DNA from: Octopus bimaculoides
Taxonomy: Eukaryota
DNA length: 64,000 bases
Direction of reading: 5' to 3'
NCBI RefSeq assembly: GCF_001194135.2
Contig: NC_068987.1
Span: 19,343,405 to 19,407,404 of the forward strand
Shown here in pieces: positions 36,709-47,894 of this stretch (the first letter of the stretch is position 1; every line of letters begins with the position of its first letter). A program made the position numbers and the translations under genes. The notes under the pieces were generated by a model that did not search any database, was not told where the DNA came from, and saw only the letters and a list, made by a program, of their open reading frames with translations.

Positions 36709-36806
36709 CGTCCAATACGCTCATATCCTTTCTCTTGGTCAGATCTCAGATCATCAATAGTCTCCTTATCTCGGGAAGGTTTCCAATTCCTTCTGAAGTC
36801 ATTAGC
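36709..36806 (-). CDS. ANKLE2: ANKLE2 exon (ANDFRRNWK...SDQEKGYERIG-R)
   Basis: ttttcattag| and CG|gtaact, 98 nt; conserved D.EKG.ER.GR motif. Confidence 0.92.
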
Positions 36807-36830
36807 CTAATGAAAAGAGAAACAGTGAAA

Positions 36831-36876
<46 letters not shown>

Positions 36877-37354
36877 GAGAGAGAGAGAGAGAAAAAGAGA
36901 GAGAGAGAGAGAAAAGAGAAAAGTGATGGTATCTCTCTTTCTTTCTAACAATCCTGCATGGCATTTACAAACTACATTTAATTCTTTTGTGACTGCATTT
37001 CTGTTGCAATACATTGCTTTCATTTCAATTGATTTTGAAAATAATGAAGAACTTAGTAAAATAACCATCAATATTAAATGGGTTTAAGGCAGCATGTGAA
37101 AAGTTTTCTTCCTACGTGTAAGGCTGAGAGGTAGACTGGAGCCTGGTACAGCCCTTCAGCTTACCAGTTCCGGACAAAGTGTCTAACCCAAGGGTTCTCA
37201 ACATACAGTATGTGCAGGACCAACTGGGTGTGTTTTATACGCATGTGATTCAAGTGTGTGGTAGTGTTCATTGGGAGAGGGAAAAAGAGGAATGGAAAAA
37301 CAAAAATTAAATCTAATAAAGTACAAGTACTGGAATAAAGGGAAATAATAATTG

Positions 37355-37762
37355 CATGATCGTTGCCAGAGCAACTGCCTGGCTTCCGTGCCAGTGGCAC
37401 GAAAATAGCACCATTTGAGCATGATCGTTACGAGCATCGCCTTCCTGGCACGCGAAAAGACATTCAAGTGAGATCGTTGCCAGTGCCGCTGGACTGGCTC
37501 CTGTGCAGGTAGCACGTAAAATACACCATTTTGAGCGTGGCTGTTGCCGGTACCGCCTGACTGACCTTTCGTGCTGGTGGCACGTAAAAGCACCCACTAC
37601 GCTCTCAGAGTGGTTGGCGTTAGGAAGGGCATCCAGCTGTAGAGACTCTGCCAAATCAGATTGGAGCCTGGTGTAGCCATCTGGTTCACCAGTCCTCAGT
37701 TAAATCGTCCAACCCATGCCAGCATGGAAAGCAGACGTCAAACAATGATGATGATGATGACG
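37355..37762 (+). mobile_element. RTE LINE 3'-UTR unit with four ~50-67-bp subrepeats and (GAT)n tail
   Basis: Matches 27557-27985 and 62448-62672. Confidence 0.8.
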
Positions 37763-37881
37763 AATAAGGCTGAGAGGCAAGCAAGGCTGAAGGAAAAGTA
37801 CAGAGTAAGGAGATGAGGAAAGAGAGAAAAACAGAAAAAAAAAGCAAGAGAGGCATCAAAGATAAAAATAGAATAAGTTAC

Positions 37882-38090
37882 TTGTTCAGGGGACATTGGC
37901 CCAGCATAAGCTTTGACAACACTGGACAACATACGAGAGCTCAGTGGTGACCCTTCGGGGGAGTCCACTGAAGGCACTTGATTGAAAGGTGGACTCTGAG
38001 CATCACAAGTATACACTGGACTGCAAGGTTGACCTATCCGAGGTGGACTTAGGTTATCTCCATCTCTATATAAAGGCACATAACAGCGTT
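37882..38090 (-). CDS. ANKLE2: ANKLE2 exon (E-RCYVPLYR...AYAGPMSPEQ)
   Basis: tttttcag| and CAA|gtaact, 209 nt; conserved YVPL.R and AGPMS motifs. Confidence 0.92.
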
Positions 38091-38398
38091 CTGAAAAATA
38101 GAAATAAAAATTCATATATATATATATAATAATACAAAGAATAAGTATGCATGTATACCCACATATATTTTTTTTCTCTTTTTTTTCTTCTTAAGTTTCA
38201 GCTTAGAGCTGCGGCCATGCTGATGCACACTTACATCTACATGTGTATATAGATGCATATCAGGGAACAGGACGTTAGCAAAATAAACTACAGACAACGG
38301 AACAAACACATAGGAAAACAGATAGCCACTTGGAATTATTCCTTCGTCAGCTGCCTCTATTCTAACTAGACGTTTCGAAGATAAGGCAGAACGTACAT

Positions 38399-38456
<58 letters not shown>

Positions 38457-38796
38457 CGAATGTATGTATGTTTGTCCTTTAATTGGAATTCTTCCCTTAG
38501 AATTCTAATGTCTTTTCTTCTTTGCTTGCAAATTTTTTAAAAAGGTCGTATAATTATGAAAGCTTGTATTGAAATAATCAGTATATGACTTAACTTATTA
38601 AACAAAGTTCAACAAATTCATTTATATTTATGAAATGAATGAGATTGGATGTTAAAACAAATTATAGATTTTTATTTTTCATATTCCAATACAGTTGTTT
38701 CATACAAACGGACCAAGATATTCATAAATAGAACATTGTAATAGTCAAATTTGTATTTTTCAGAAGGTAATATTTAAAGGAAAATAAAAAGATGTT

Positions 38797-38864
38797 GGTG
38801 CTAATATATCTAATATTTAATTTGATTTGAGGAAGTCAAATTAAATATTAGATATATTAGCACC
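38797..38864. other. Perfect 29-bp stem / 10-nt loop hairpin in an ANKLE2 intron
   Basis: ggtgctaatatatctaatatttaatttga [tttgaggaag] tcaaattaaatattagatatattagcacc. Confidence 0.9.
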
Positions 38865-38997
38865 TACGCTCTTAGTTATCAACAAAAACAAGAATACAAA
38901 TATAAATGCAACAAGAACAAAAAAATAATATAAAACAAATATAAAATTGACAGTAAAAACAGTGTAAGCGAAATATATATATACATGATGTAGGTAC

Positions 38998-39055
38998 CTT
39001 CTAAGAATCTCTCAATCTGTTTTCGTGAAGAAGCACTAATTGATTCTGGTATCAA
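38998..39055 (-). CDS. ANKLE2: ANKLE2 short exon (LIPESISASSRKQIERFLE)
   Basis: tttcattgcag| and G|gtacct, 58 nt; phases 0 and 1 fit both neighbours exactly. Confidence 0.8.
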
Positions 39056-39203
39056 CTGCAATGAAATAATACAAAAAGACTTTCCTAAAATATAGATTAC
39101 TAATGTACAAGTGTATGCAAGTTCATTCATTCATTCATGCACACACATATTGTGTTAACCACCATGGCTTGTTACTAGATACTTAAATAACACGAGTACT
39201 AAA

Positions 39204-39601
39204 TACTCTTTACTCTTTTACTGGTTTCAGTCATTTGACAGCGGCCATGCTGGAGCACCGCCTTTTAGTCAAGTAAATCAAACCCAGGACTTATTCTTTG
39301 GAAGCCTAGTACTTATTCTATCGGGACTCTTTTGCTGAAACGCTAAGTTACGGGGACGTAAACACACCACCATCGGTTGTCAAACGATGCTGGGGGGACA
39401 AACACAGACACAAACATATACATATATATACATATATACGACAGGCTTCTTTCAGTTTCCGTCTACTAAATCCACTCACAAGGCTTTGGTCGGCCCGAGG
39501 CTATAGTAGAAGACACTTGCTCAAGGTGCCACACAGTGGGAGTGAACCCGGAACCATGTGGTTGGTAAGCAAGCTACTTACCACACAGCCACTCCTAGGC
39601 C
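39204..39601 (-). mobile_element. SINE family B
   Basis: Full-length reverse-complement match. Confidence 0.9.
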
Positions 39602-39922
39602 TAAATATTAATGTTTAATTATGAAATATTGTAAAAATGCAAAAAAATTACATGATGCACTATCTGGTAAAGGAATTGAAACCATGATTTCGCAATGGTG
39701 AGTGCAACACCCTAACCACACAGTCCTGTGCCCTCATGTATACACACACACACACTAGCAACCCTTTCCACCCACCTACTAGTATGCTGCTAACAACATA
39801 CTACTATTGCAATTCCCACTACCTACTACACACATTCTTCTGCAAAAGAGAAAATCAATTCTATACGCAACAACTGTAACGCATTCAAAACAAAAGGTAC
39901 AAAAAAGCAGGAAGCAACTCAC

Positions 39923-40045
39923 ATCCAGTGGAGTTTTGTTAAATTTATTCCTTGCATTTATTTTGGTCAATGGATGGTTCACAAGGACTTCGATGACGCC
40001 TTTGTAGCCAGCCTTGCAAGCAAAGTGTAGTGGTGTTTCACATGA
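39923..40045 (-). CDS. ANKLE2: ANKLE2 ankyrin-repeat exon (SCETPLHFACKAG...NKFNKTPLD)
   Basis: ttttactacag| and GAT|gtgagt, 123 nt; ankyrin TPLH.A motif. Confidence 0.95.
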
Positions 40046-40682
40046 CTGTAGTAAAAGAAAGAAAGAAAATGGATGTAAAATAGGAAAAAAACAACCAAAC
40101 CAAACACAAATAAATAGCTACAAATAAACATATCAAACTGTCAATGCGTGAGGCCAGGTAATAAGGTAGCCCCTGTATGGTTGTTTGACCTGTTAAAAAT
40201 AGCAGTCAAATCAAACTACTGTTTTAAAAAAAAGAAATAAAAAATGGAGAGGGAAATATTGGATTATGTAGTTCTAAATACACTATATCTGAGAGGAAAA
40301 TGGCCAAAGACACATGGGGTGTTTCATAATAGGAATGCCTTTGATCGTGAAGCTGCAAGATTAGAACTGACCTGGAGTTTAACAAGTGAAAGTCAAGTAG
40401 ATAACCCTTGCACCACAGCTCTCCATGACCAGCACAGCGATGGGCTTATCCCGGTTCACTCGCTGTTACTGGTTGGTTTCTTTCCCTCCACTTACACTCC
40501 ATCCAAGATGGAGACAAGTACCAACATCTCATGCAGCAGGTTTGATAATTGCCGAGAATTCTTTATATGAAACCAATGGTAGCCTTGTTAACTCACAAAT
40601 AAAGATTCATCCACCAATGCAGTGTTAAGCACTCATTCTTGCTGTTTGTTATTAGAGTGTATGTATGTATGTATATGTCTCG

Positions 40683-40823
40683 TTCACAGGGGAGTTTTAT
40701 CAACAATTCTGGGGAGTGGCCATGGGAACGACAATGGGCCCCAACTATGCGAACCTGTTCGTTGGTTACGTTGAGGCCTAAATACCTTCAAGATTCACTG
40801 GTCCCACTCCCGAACTATACGGT
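40683..40823 (+). mobile_element. Penelope-like reverse transcriptase fragment
   Basis: FTGEFYQQFWGVAMGTTMGPNYANLFVGYVEA* matches the PLE RT motif Y.Q..G.AMG...P..A.LF...E. Confidence 0.85.
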
Positions 40824-41069
40824 CACAACGGGGTATGTGAGAAGCAATAAGATAGGGTGAGTCAAGACACTGAAGGCAATATCTGTCAATCATTGTGGAA
40901 AGGATTGAGAGGCCCCATCATATAACATCCCAAAGAAATACCAATGATGATCCATAGAACTGGAAGGACTTTGCAAGCCAACCCCTGGACACAGGGTGGG
41001 CACCTGGCTAGTAATGAGATTTGTATTTAGATATATAAGGAATATAAAGGGTAAACAGACAATACAAAC

Positions 41070-41255
41070 CCCTTTGTCTGGTGTGTTAAGGTAGTAATCT
41101 ATTAGACGCTCTGTTCTATCACATATACTATCATCATTGATACCATACAATTTGCAGAAGAAATTTGGATCCTGGATGACTTCGAGGATTATTTTGATAA
41201 TCTCAGGCTTATTCATTTTGGCAGCGATATGAAAAGCGTTGTAACGGGCACCCAC
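41070..41255 (-). CDS. ANKLE2: ANKLE2 exon (VGARYNAFHIAAK...YLNTPDKG)
   Basis: ctatttcag| and GGG|gtttgt, 186 nt; conserved G.RYN..H.AA and YLNTPDK motifs. Confidence 0.95.
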
Positions 41256-42896
41256 CTGAAATAGAGAAAAAAAAACAAGCAAGAATTACAATCAGATGAA
41301 TTATCTAGGGAATAAGGAGTTATTTAGTGCCTGATTTCAAGAGTTCTGACACAGTGGAGGGAGAAGAAGGGGGGAAACATTAATTGTAGATCCGTTTCTT
41401 CTTTATATGTTCACAACATTTCAATCAATATGTCCTTCATATGATATGAACAATGATGATATCCAAAGCATTTAATAACGATATCAACATTGATAATGAC
41501 AATGACATTTTTCATCATCATCATTTGCTATTCTTATACCTAGTCGGCAAGTGAAAATATCGGCAAGACATCTGCCCATTCCCTGCTCCCAAAACCACCC
41601 TTTCTTTAAATTTTTTTTTTTTCGGCACAAACCCCACTTTTCGGCTACAGGGAATACAAATCTACAAAAAAATTGACATTTCTAAATTACCCCCCACCCC
41701 CATTTCTTTCATTTTGAACTTTTTCAAAATATGCAGAAAAATACAGAGATTNNNNNNNNNNNNNNNNNNNNNNNNNNNNNNNNNNNNNNNNNNNNNNNNN
41801 NNNNNNNNNNNNNNNNNNNNNNNNNNNNNNNNNNNNNNNNNNNNNNNNNNNNNNNNNNNNNNNNNNNNNNNNNNNNNNNNNNNNNNNNNNNNNNNNNNNN
41901 NNNNNNNNNNNNNNNNNNNNNNNNNNNNNNNNNNNNNNNNNNNNNNNNNNNNNNNNNNNNNNNNNNNNNNNNNNNNNNNNNNNNNNNNNNNNNNNNNNNN
42001 NNNNNNNNNNNNNNNNNNNNNNNNNNNNNNNNNNNNNNNNNNNNNNNNNNNNNNNNNNNNNNNNNNNNNNNNNNNNNNNNNNNNNNNNNNNNNNNNNNNN
42101 NNNNNNNNNNNNNNNNNNNNNNNNNNNNNNNNNNNNNNNNNNNNNNNNNNNNNNNNNNNNNNNNNNNNNNNNNNNNNNNTCCAAAATATCTTCACAGAAA
42201 ACAGCTTCAGGAGTAGTGAAGAAAAAATTTGTATGTAGTCTGTTTCTGAGAACTATTCTATTGGACCTCTGTCTAATCACGTCTTTTAAGGTACACACAC
42301 ATACATAGTAAATGTGAGTTCATGGTAGAACATTTTTACAATAGTTGATTTATGGAAAAGATTATGTTAAATTTTTGAAATGCAAATCTGTGAATGAAAA
42401 TTAAGTTCAGACCTCTACATGGTAGGTAGACCTGGTAGAAATAGCAGCCAAATCTCCCTCAAAACACCCTACTGTATTAATGCGACAATTCTGCGTATTA
42501 TGTAGTTTAAATGAGAAACTGTAACTAAAGATGAAGATAATTAACCCCACAAAGAGGTGAAAGAAGAGAGAGACAGCATAGCAAAAGTTTTGGCTGACTG
42601 TCATCCTGTAGTCCCCTTGTTGCTGTGTGAGCAACTAGTTGTCTTAATGGCGGAACAAAGGAGGGAATTGCATTAGAAAAAGTTTTAATCGGTTTTCTCG
42701 GAAAAAAATAGAAGAGGCATTAAGAAGTTGACGTTAAGAATTGCTTTAANNNNNNNNNNNNNNNNNNNNNNNNNNNNNNNNNNNNNNNNNNNNNNNNNNN
42801 NNNNNNNNNNNNNNNNNNNNNNNNNNNNNNNNNNNNNNNNNNNNNNNNNAACCATGTGGTTGGTAAGCAAGCTACTTACCACACAGCCGCTCCTGC

Positions 42897-43084
42897 ACAT
42901 TATCCACATTGTTTTGAATTTATCCAGCATTATCTTGTAACCTTGGAGATTTCAATTGTGTGACTGTATAATTTTTAGACTAACATTGTAGGGTAGGTGT
43001 GAGAGGTTGGATCTGACCAATTTGAACACAAAGCAAGAAGAATATTTTGGCCAGATAGGGCCAGTTTAAAGGTTAAAGAGTTAA
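42897..43084. mobile_element. piggyBac-like MITE copy (partial)
   Basis: Matches the 3' two-thirds of 57137-57365. Confidence 0.6.
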
Positions 43085-43146
43085 GGAAACAACAACATGG
43101 AGAATTCGTTTCCAAAAAAAATAAATGAGTTGTAACTGCTGCTTAC

Positions 43147-43341
43147 GTGCAAAAGAGGTGGGGTGTCCCCACTGCTGACCAAGAAATAAGGATTGCAGGT
43201 AATGAGCTGTTTGAAATTTTTGTATTGGCCCGATTCAATTAGTTCTCTCATTTTCAGCAACTCGATGGTACGTGGCATCCTGTAATTTCCCTTTTCATTT
43301 AATCCTGCTAACTTCACTGCAACACTGTCATCAGCGATTGA
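43147..43341 (-). CDS. ANKLE2: ANKLE2 exon (SIADD...NPYFLVSSGDTPPLLH)
   Basis: tttctttccag| and CAC|gtaagc, 195 nt; conserved NP..L.SSGD.P motif. Confidence 0.93.
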
Positions 43342-43645
43342 CTGGAAAGAAAGAAAGTAAGTTAAATTAGTTAGTAGGCTAGTGGAGAGAATTATGAACA
43401 TAGATAGATAGATAGATAGATAGAGAGGCATAAAGACAGAATTAGGAGATACAGAGACTTATGTAGCTTCATTCCATCACACAATAGCAAACAACAGACC
43501 TGGTATTACCACACAAATTATTCTACAGTGCTCCCACTGCTTACAAGTATTAATTTGTTGTTGTCTGACCCAGGTCAGCTCTGATTGAACAGACCTGTGA
43601 TCAAATACACCCCAGCCATGACCTTCCTGTTTATATATATATATC

Positions 43646-43787
43646 CAAAATTTAAAATTTAAAAGAGAGTTTTGACGCTAATATCCATTATTATTGAAAT
43701 TTATTCCTATGTCAATGTTGACATAGGAATAAATTTCAATAATAATGGATATTAGCGTCAAAACTCTCTTTTAAATTTTAAATTTTG
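43646..43787. repeat. Perfect 70-bp-arm palindrome with 2-nt centre, between (TA)n tracts and abutting an N-gap
   Basis: Arms 43646-43715 and 43718-43787 are exact reverse complements. Confidence 0.9.
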
Positions 43788-44636
43788 NNNNNNNNNNNNN
43801 NNNNNNNNNNNNNNNNNNNNNNNNNNNNNNNNNNNNNNNNNNNNNNNNNNNNNNNNNNNNNNNNNNNNNNNNNNNNNNNNNNNNNNNNNNNNNNNNNNNN
43901 NNNNNNNNNNNNNNNNNNNNNNNNNNNNNNNNNNNNNNNNNNNNNNNNNNNNNNNNNNNNNNNNNNNNNNNNNNNNNNNNNNNNNNNNNNNNNNNNNNNN
44001 NNNNNNNNNNNNNNNNNNNNNNNNNNNNNNNNNNNNNNNNTATATATATATAATGTATACACAAACATACATACACATATACCCCAGATGCATGCAGATA
44101 CACAGGACTAAATTGTATGTGCCTTTCCTATTTAAAGGTGGTAAAGTATGATTTGTGAAAATTTGGCTGTTATTTTTAGCAATTTGAGTAGCAGTGTTTC
44201 ACTTTAAACCTACTCCCTGTGGTGGACTTAGCAACAGGATGCAAACCTTTGATCTCAGTGCTGGTTGTCTGCTTGCCAATCTACTTAATTGTACACCAGA
44301 ACTATTCATACTTTCTTGGATATCATTTCAAACCTGACAGTAAATTGGTCAGAAGTGAACTCAGGGCACATCAACACTATTCAATCCGAAGAACATTTGA
44401 AAAAAACAAAGAATGAGCTGCCTGAGAACCCCTCAGCCCTAGCAGGCATATCTATTCAGTCATATGATTTGAGGGAGATTTTGACTGCTATTTCTAGTAG
44501 GGCTATTGATTATATAGAAACTACTTTTGTAGAGCACCAAGCTAAAGTATCTAATTTTTGTGTCACCCCCAAGTCAGCCCTCATTCCAATTGTGCCTATT
44601 CTGCATTTTGTATAATTACAACTACATTGTCAGGAG

Positions 44637-44891
44637 CAGGGGTTTTCAAACTGTGGTCCGTGGACAGCAAATACTTTTTATGGGCAATTTGATTTTATAT
44701 GTTTTTTAATCGAAATCTTTTAATTGACAATAAAACTATTTGTTAAATACTGTTAAATAAATAAATGTAAAAATATATGTTATTTTAAGCAAATATTTAT
44801 GTATAAATTTCATAAGCGTTTATAAGGGGGTCCCTAAGGAAAAGCCTGAAATATAAAGGGGTCTGCAAGTCAAAAAGTTTGAAAACCCCTG
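44637..44891. mobile_element. hAT-type MITE, 255 bp
   Basis: Perfect 16-bp TIR caggggttttcaaact / agtttgaaaacccctg; 8-bp TSD gtcaggag / gtctggag. Confidence 0.9.
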
Positions 44892-45058
44892 GTCTGGAGT
44901 GTCTTTCCCTTTTCGAGACAGGGGCAGTATGAAACAGCACGATTTGAGGGAGATTTGACTGCTTGTTTTAGCAAGCCGAGTGATCATTAGAAGCTCCCTT
45001 GCTGGGGCATAAAGAGGAACACGACAAAACTATGAAGAAGTAAAAAAGTTTTACTTAC

Positions 45059-45186
45059 AGCTAGATTTGACTTAGTAAACTCTTCAGCTTCCTGGAGTGT
45101 TTGGAAAGACTTAAACCTGGCGTCTTTGTATTTCTTCATCTCTTTTAGAGCTTTTACCTTGTTGCTAAACACCAAACCGGAAGAAT
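45059..45186 (-). CDS. ANKLE2: ANKLE2, most 5' confidently placed exon (SSGLVFSNKVKALKEMKKYKDARFKSFQTLQEAEEF)
   Basis: ttttttaag|AT (phase 1) and GCT|gtaagt, 128 nt; matches the RNase-H1-N/viroplasmin-like K.A....K.ARFK.F....AE.F motif of ANKLE2. Confidence 0.9.
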
Positions 45187-45439
45187 CTTAAAAAATGAAA
45201 AGACAGAATACAAAAATATTTAATAAAATGATATACATCTCTGTTTGTCTGTTTATTTATCTACCTGTATCAAACACACCATCTTCACTATTTGCCTAAT
45301 GTCATCTGTTTGTCGAACACATACTTTGTCTGTCAAACACACGTTGTTATGTTTGTCAAACAAAATCTATTGACCATCTTGCATCTGACATCTATCTGCA
45401 AGTCTAACTGTCTATTTGTGCATCTGTCTGTTGTCTTAT

Positions 45440-45816
45440 CACTCCGTCGCTTACGACGTCGAGGGTTCCAGTTGATCCGATCAACGGAACAGCCTGCTCG
45501 TGAAATTAACGTGCAAGTGGCTGAGCACTCCACAGACACGTGTACGATTAACGTAGTTCTTGGGGATATTCAGCGTGACACAGTGTGACAAGGCTGGCCC
45601 CTTTGAATTACAGGTACAACAGAAACAGGAAGAAAGAGTGAGAGAAAGTTGTGGTGGAAGAGTACAGCAGGGTTCGCCACCATCCCCTGCCGGAGCCTCG
45701 TGGAGCTTTGGGTGTTTTCGCTCAATAAACACTCACAACGCCCGGTCTGGGAATCGAAACCGCGATCCTATGACCGCGAGTCCGCTGCCCTAACCACTGG
45801 GCCATTGCGCCTCCAC
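45440..45816 (-). mobile_element. SINE family A
   Basis: Near full length; atttgtgcatct repeated at 45414-45425 and 45817-45828. Confidence 0.9.
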
Positions 45817-46223
45817 ATTTGTGCATCTAATGATACCAATAAAAACAATAATTGAAATACAAGGGACTAGAATAGGGAGGGGAGGTAAGCAGGGATAGCT
45901 AGATCAGTTTGCAACGCCCTATGTTGCTTTTCAGTATTTAATGTGTGGCTTGTAGAAGTATGGAAGCTGGACTCCTTCTTATATCACAGTATATAAAAGG
46001 TAATGAAGAATTTTCAAGCTTTTTGGGTGCATGAGTGAAAGTATGTGTATGTAAAAAATGGAAATGTGAGAGAGGAAGAGTCCACCAGAAACTGAGGGTG
46101 TGCAATGGACAGAAAGAAAGAGGAAGAGTGAGAGAGAAAGAGAGACGTCTGTTCATGCACCAACTCATACCTGAAGTTTATCAGGTGATTCTTTGAGTAA
46201 TCTTAGCCACCTCTGATCCTCAC

Positions 46224-46394
46224 CACACTGCAATGTAGTGGCTGTCCCTGTAAGGCTGAGTGTTAAGGTAAGCTGTATATATTTTGATGAACACTTCAGT
46301 AGTAACCAGCAATGCATCCCGGCGTTGCACGTGTGTTCTGACCTACAACCACATTGCATTATTTGTTCCTTTCTTATGGGCAGAATTGGCACAG
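46224..46394 (-). CDS. Candidate symmetric (phase 1-1) upstream ANKLE2 exon
   Basis: ctatatatcag|CT and TGT G|gtgagg, 171 nt open and in phase with the 45186 exon; the Cys-rich peptide is not recognisably ANKLE2. Confidence 0.25.
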
Positions 46395-46802
46395 CTGATA
46401 TATAGTGAATGGATTACTGGCATAATGGAAGTTATTGTTTGTTTAAAAGTGAGGTAGAGGGCACAATTTGCATGAGTTTGCATGAAAGTGCTTTCTGTAC
46501 TCAAGAAGGATCACACTCTATGTACTGTTTCATCATATAAAAAGGGGGGTTAATACGATTTTACCCAGAAGTTTTAATCTACCCACACGTCCTCACCGCA
46601 ATTTCTTAATTTGTGACTTTTTTTTATTATTCACATAGAAAAATACAGAGATTACAAATCTGGGAAATATATATTTTTTTTCAAAGTTTAATTTTTCTTA
46701 AAGAAACCCTCAATGTCCCTTCCCCCACCCACTTCCAAAAAGCTAAAACCTCCCAATGTTTCACTTTTGTCTGATGTTTCACGCATATGTAGAATTGTAC
46801 TA

Positions 46803-47131
46803 TGGAGGTGCAATGGCCCAGTGGTTAGGGCAGTGGACTTGCGGTCATAGGTTCGCGGTTTCGATTCCCAGACCAGGCGTTGTGACGAATTCTGCTGTAC
46901 TCTTCCACCACAACTTTCTCTCACTCTTACTTCCTGTTTCTGTTGTGCCTGTAATTCAAAGGGCTAACCTTGTCACACTGTGTCACGCTGAATATCCCCG
47001 AGAACTACGTTAAGGGTACACGTGCCTGTGGAGTGCTCAGCCACTTGCACATTAATTTCACGAGCTGGCTGTTCCGTTGATCGGATCAACTGGAACCCTC
47101 GACATCATAAGTGACGGAGTGCCAACAATAA
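46803..47131 (+). mobile_element. SINE family A (internal deletion) with 11-bp TSD
   Basis: agaattgtact at 46791-46801 and 47133-47143. Confidence 0.9.
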
Positions 47132-47894
47132 CAGAATTGTACTGAAACAGTAAACAAAAAATACCAGACCACCACCAGAAAATCCAATATGCGAGAAACA
47201 ACAGGTAAACGACATTATTTCTGAAGAAACTTCCCTGCTTTCAAAAATACTAAAAGTGAAACATTGAGAGTTTGTAGCTTTTATAAAGTGGTGAGGTGAT
47301 GGGTGGATGTCTGGGAAGGAAATCTTAGTGTTTCTTTAAGAAAAAAGAAAGAAGAAAATTCTTAAAGATTCATACTGTTTTTTTGTCCGTGGATTATGAA
47401 GAAAAAATTTGCAAAAAAGTAAAAATGAAGAAATTGGGGTAGAGAGAGAGAAAATTAAAATATTGAGAATGTGTTCTTTGGGTGAAATCCTAATCTGTAT
47501 CATAAACATAGGAATCAGAAGAAATCTAAGAAAAAAATGGGAGGTAGGGAGGGGCTCAAATGTCACCTTGGACATGCTAGAAACAACAGCTAGAGGACAG
47601 GATTTCTGGGAAAACTTCCTTTTAAGTTTATATCAAAGACCAGGTTTTTAAATACGCTCATCACAAACAAATTACAGAATAGAAAAAGGTAATTTCAATT
47701 GGATTTGAGCGGTAATTTTGCATGTGCACACAGCAAGAAATAACATAATTCATACAGAAGTTTTACCTTGAGTGTGTGAGTGTCTGTGTGCATGTGTGTG
47801 CCAAAGGAAGTTATTTTATTGCATTCTTTCGTTTGAAGCAGTAAAATTGTCAACTAGATAATATGGTTGTTCGTTAATTCCAGTAAAATTTTTT

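Noticed and set aside
46698-47339. Old inverted arms (46698-46768 and 47251-47339) around the SINE A copy
   Set aside because: Too diverged to define TIR or TSD; probably an ancient MITE with no further signal.
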